Assembly: GCA_001724265.1 (NCBI GenBank)
Contig: MEDY01000251.1
Span: forward strand, 1 to 44,899
Length of the DNA: 44,899 nucleotides
Direction: 5' to 3'
From: Rhizaria sp. SCN 62-66
Lineage: Eukaryota
The translations under genes and the position numbers were made by a program. The notes beneath the pieces were generated by a model. The model was not told where the DNA came from and did no database searches. It worked only from the letters and a program-made list of their open reading frames with translations. Positions 43,894 through 44,899 of this stretch are shown here, piece after piece. Numbering within the stretch: the first letter of the stretch is position 1; each line of letters opens with the position of its first letter.

Positions 43894-44899
43894 GCTTATC
43901 GAAAACTACAAATGCAAGTTTTGATCGTGCGATTTCAATAGCTGTAGACTCATTATTTCCTATTCGACATTTTTTATTTTATTTTTTGTCTTGTCAACGT
44001 GTTTTTGATCTCATTCACAAAAGATACTGCCCTATATTCGACCGTTTGTACCTCTTGCAGTCGAGTTTTAAATCAAAGTGATGACGAGCTTAGTAGATAC
44101 CATAAGCATTAATAAGTTGTGACACAATAATTCTACATAAAAATCGTTCGATTTTTAATTGTTGGAAGGGTTGGGCCTTGTATGCGCTGTCTAACGACAC
44201 TCGTAGATGTTTTGTCACAAAACGTTACTGGATTTAAAAGCTATAAATGAGAGTTGTAACATAAATGTTGTGTACATGTTGTTTTCATGGAATGTTAGAT
44301 ATCAATAATAATATAATAAAACAGTCGATCATTGTTATAGCTAGACAAAATCACTTGAAGATGAAGTTATTAGTTATAATACATAACCATGCGACCGGTA
44401 CGGGTTGCTATGATTTTCTAGTCACTCTGAGAGTTATGTGAGATATGTACGAAATTATTATACACCGAGAGGCAAAAATAACAAGTTTAACACTTGTAGG
44501 TGGAATACGCTAACAAACTGCACCCAACTCATGATGCTATACATTTAAGAGTGGCCTTGTTTTCACACGTGACGGAACAAAAAGTGTCAGGATACAATAT
44601 GAAATTTGCATAGATTTCCATTAAAATAAAGTAAAGTCAGTGATATAAAAGGCGGGTTCCAAGACTCCTATGCAATATACACAGATATTACCAAAAATAG
44701 GGCTTGAATGTTGTTACGCGCGAGATTTTACATAAAGGGACTCTCTCACAGGAAATCCACAGAGAAACGGCACCCAACGACCTCCTAAGCTCCCTTTATT
44801 AGGGTGGTGTTTTCTGTGAACACACACGGAAGGATTCTGTGTTTAAAGTGTGTGTTTTCTGTGTTTAAAGTATCTGTTATCTGAATATAATTCGAATTA

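Noticed and set aside
44835-44871. Direct repeat ttctgtgtttaaagt x2 near the window end
   Set aside because: There are only two short copies with no array or spacer structure, so it is not CRISPR-like, and it is uninterpretable at the edge.

Overview
Eukaryotic (protist-like) nuclear DNA with GC-rich exons and AT-rich introns and intergenic spacers. I reconstruct 13 protein genes by hand: a CEP164-like WW/coiled-coil protein (runs off the left edge), a small MYND-finger tail-anchored protein, an AADAT/Aro8-type aminotransferase, WDR74/Nsa1, a degenerate PDSS/Coq1-type prenyl diphosphate synthase subunit, an OM47-like mitochondrial beta-barrel, Tpa1/OGFOD1, a PIH1D2-like protein, a Tse2-like ADP-ribosyltransferase-fold protein, an SGNH hydrolase, a polyQ low-complexity protein, POLR3C/RPC82 and a TmcB-like PAS membrane protein. 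Main finding: four genes carry an in-frame TAG inside otherwise conserved coding sequence (12966, 21297, 25662, 38552), while all 12 visible gene ends use TAA (5) or TGA (7). This points to a variant nuclear code in which UAG alone is a sense codon (Gln is my tentative best guess) and UAA remains a stop. Also notable: a near-invariant GTACG 5' splice site (10 of 11 introns), and unpaired polypyrimidine-YAG acceptors just upstream of several start codons, which may indicate spliced-leader trans-splicing. Family assignments rest on recalled motifs, not database searches.
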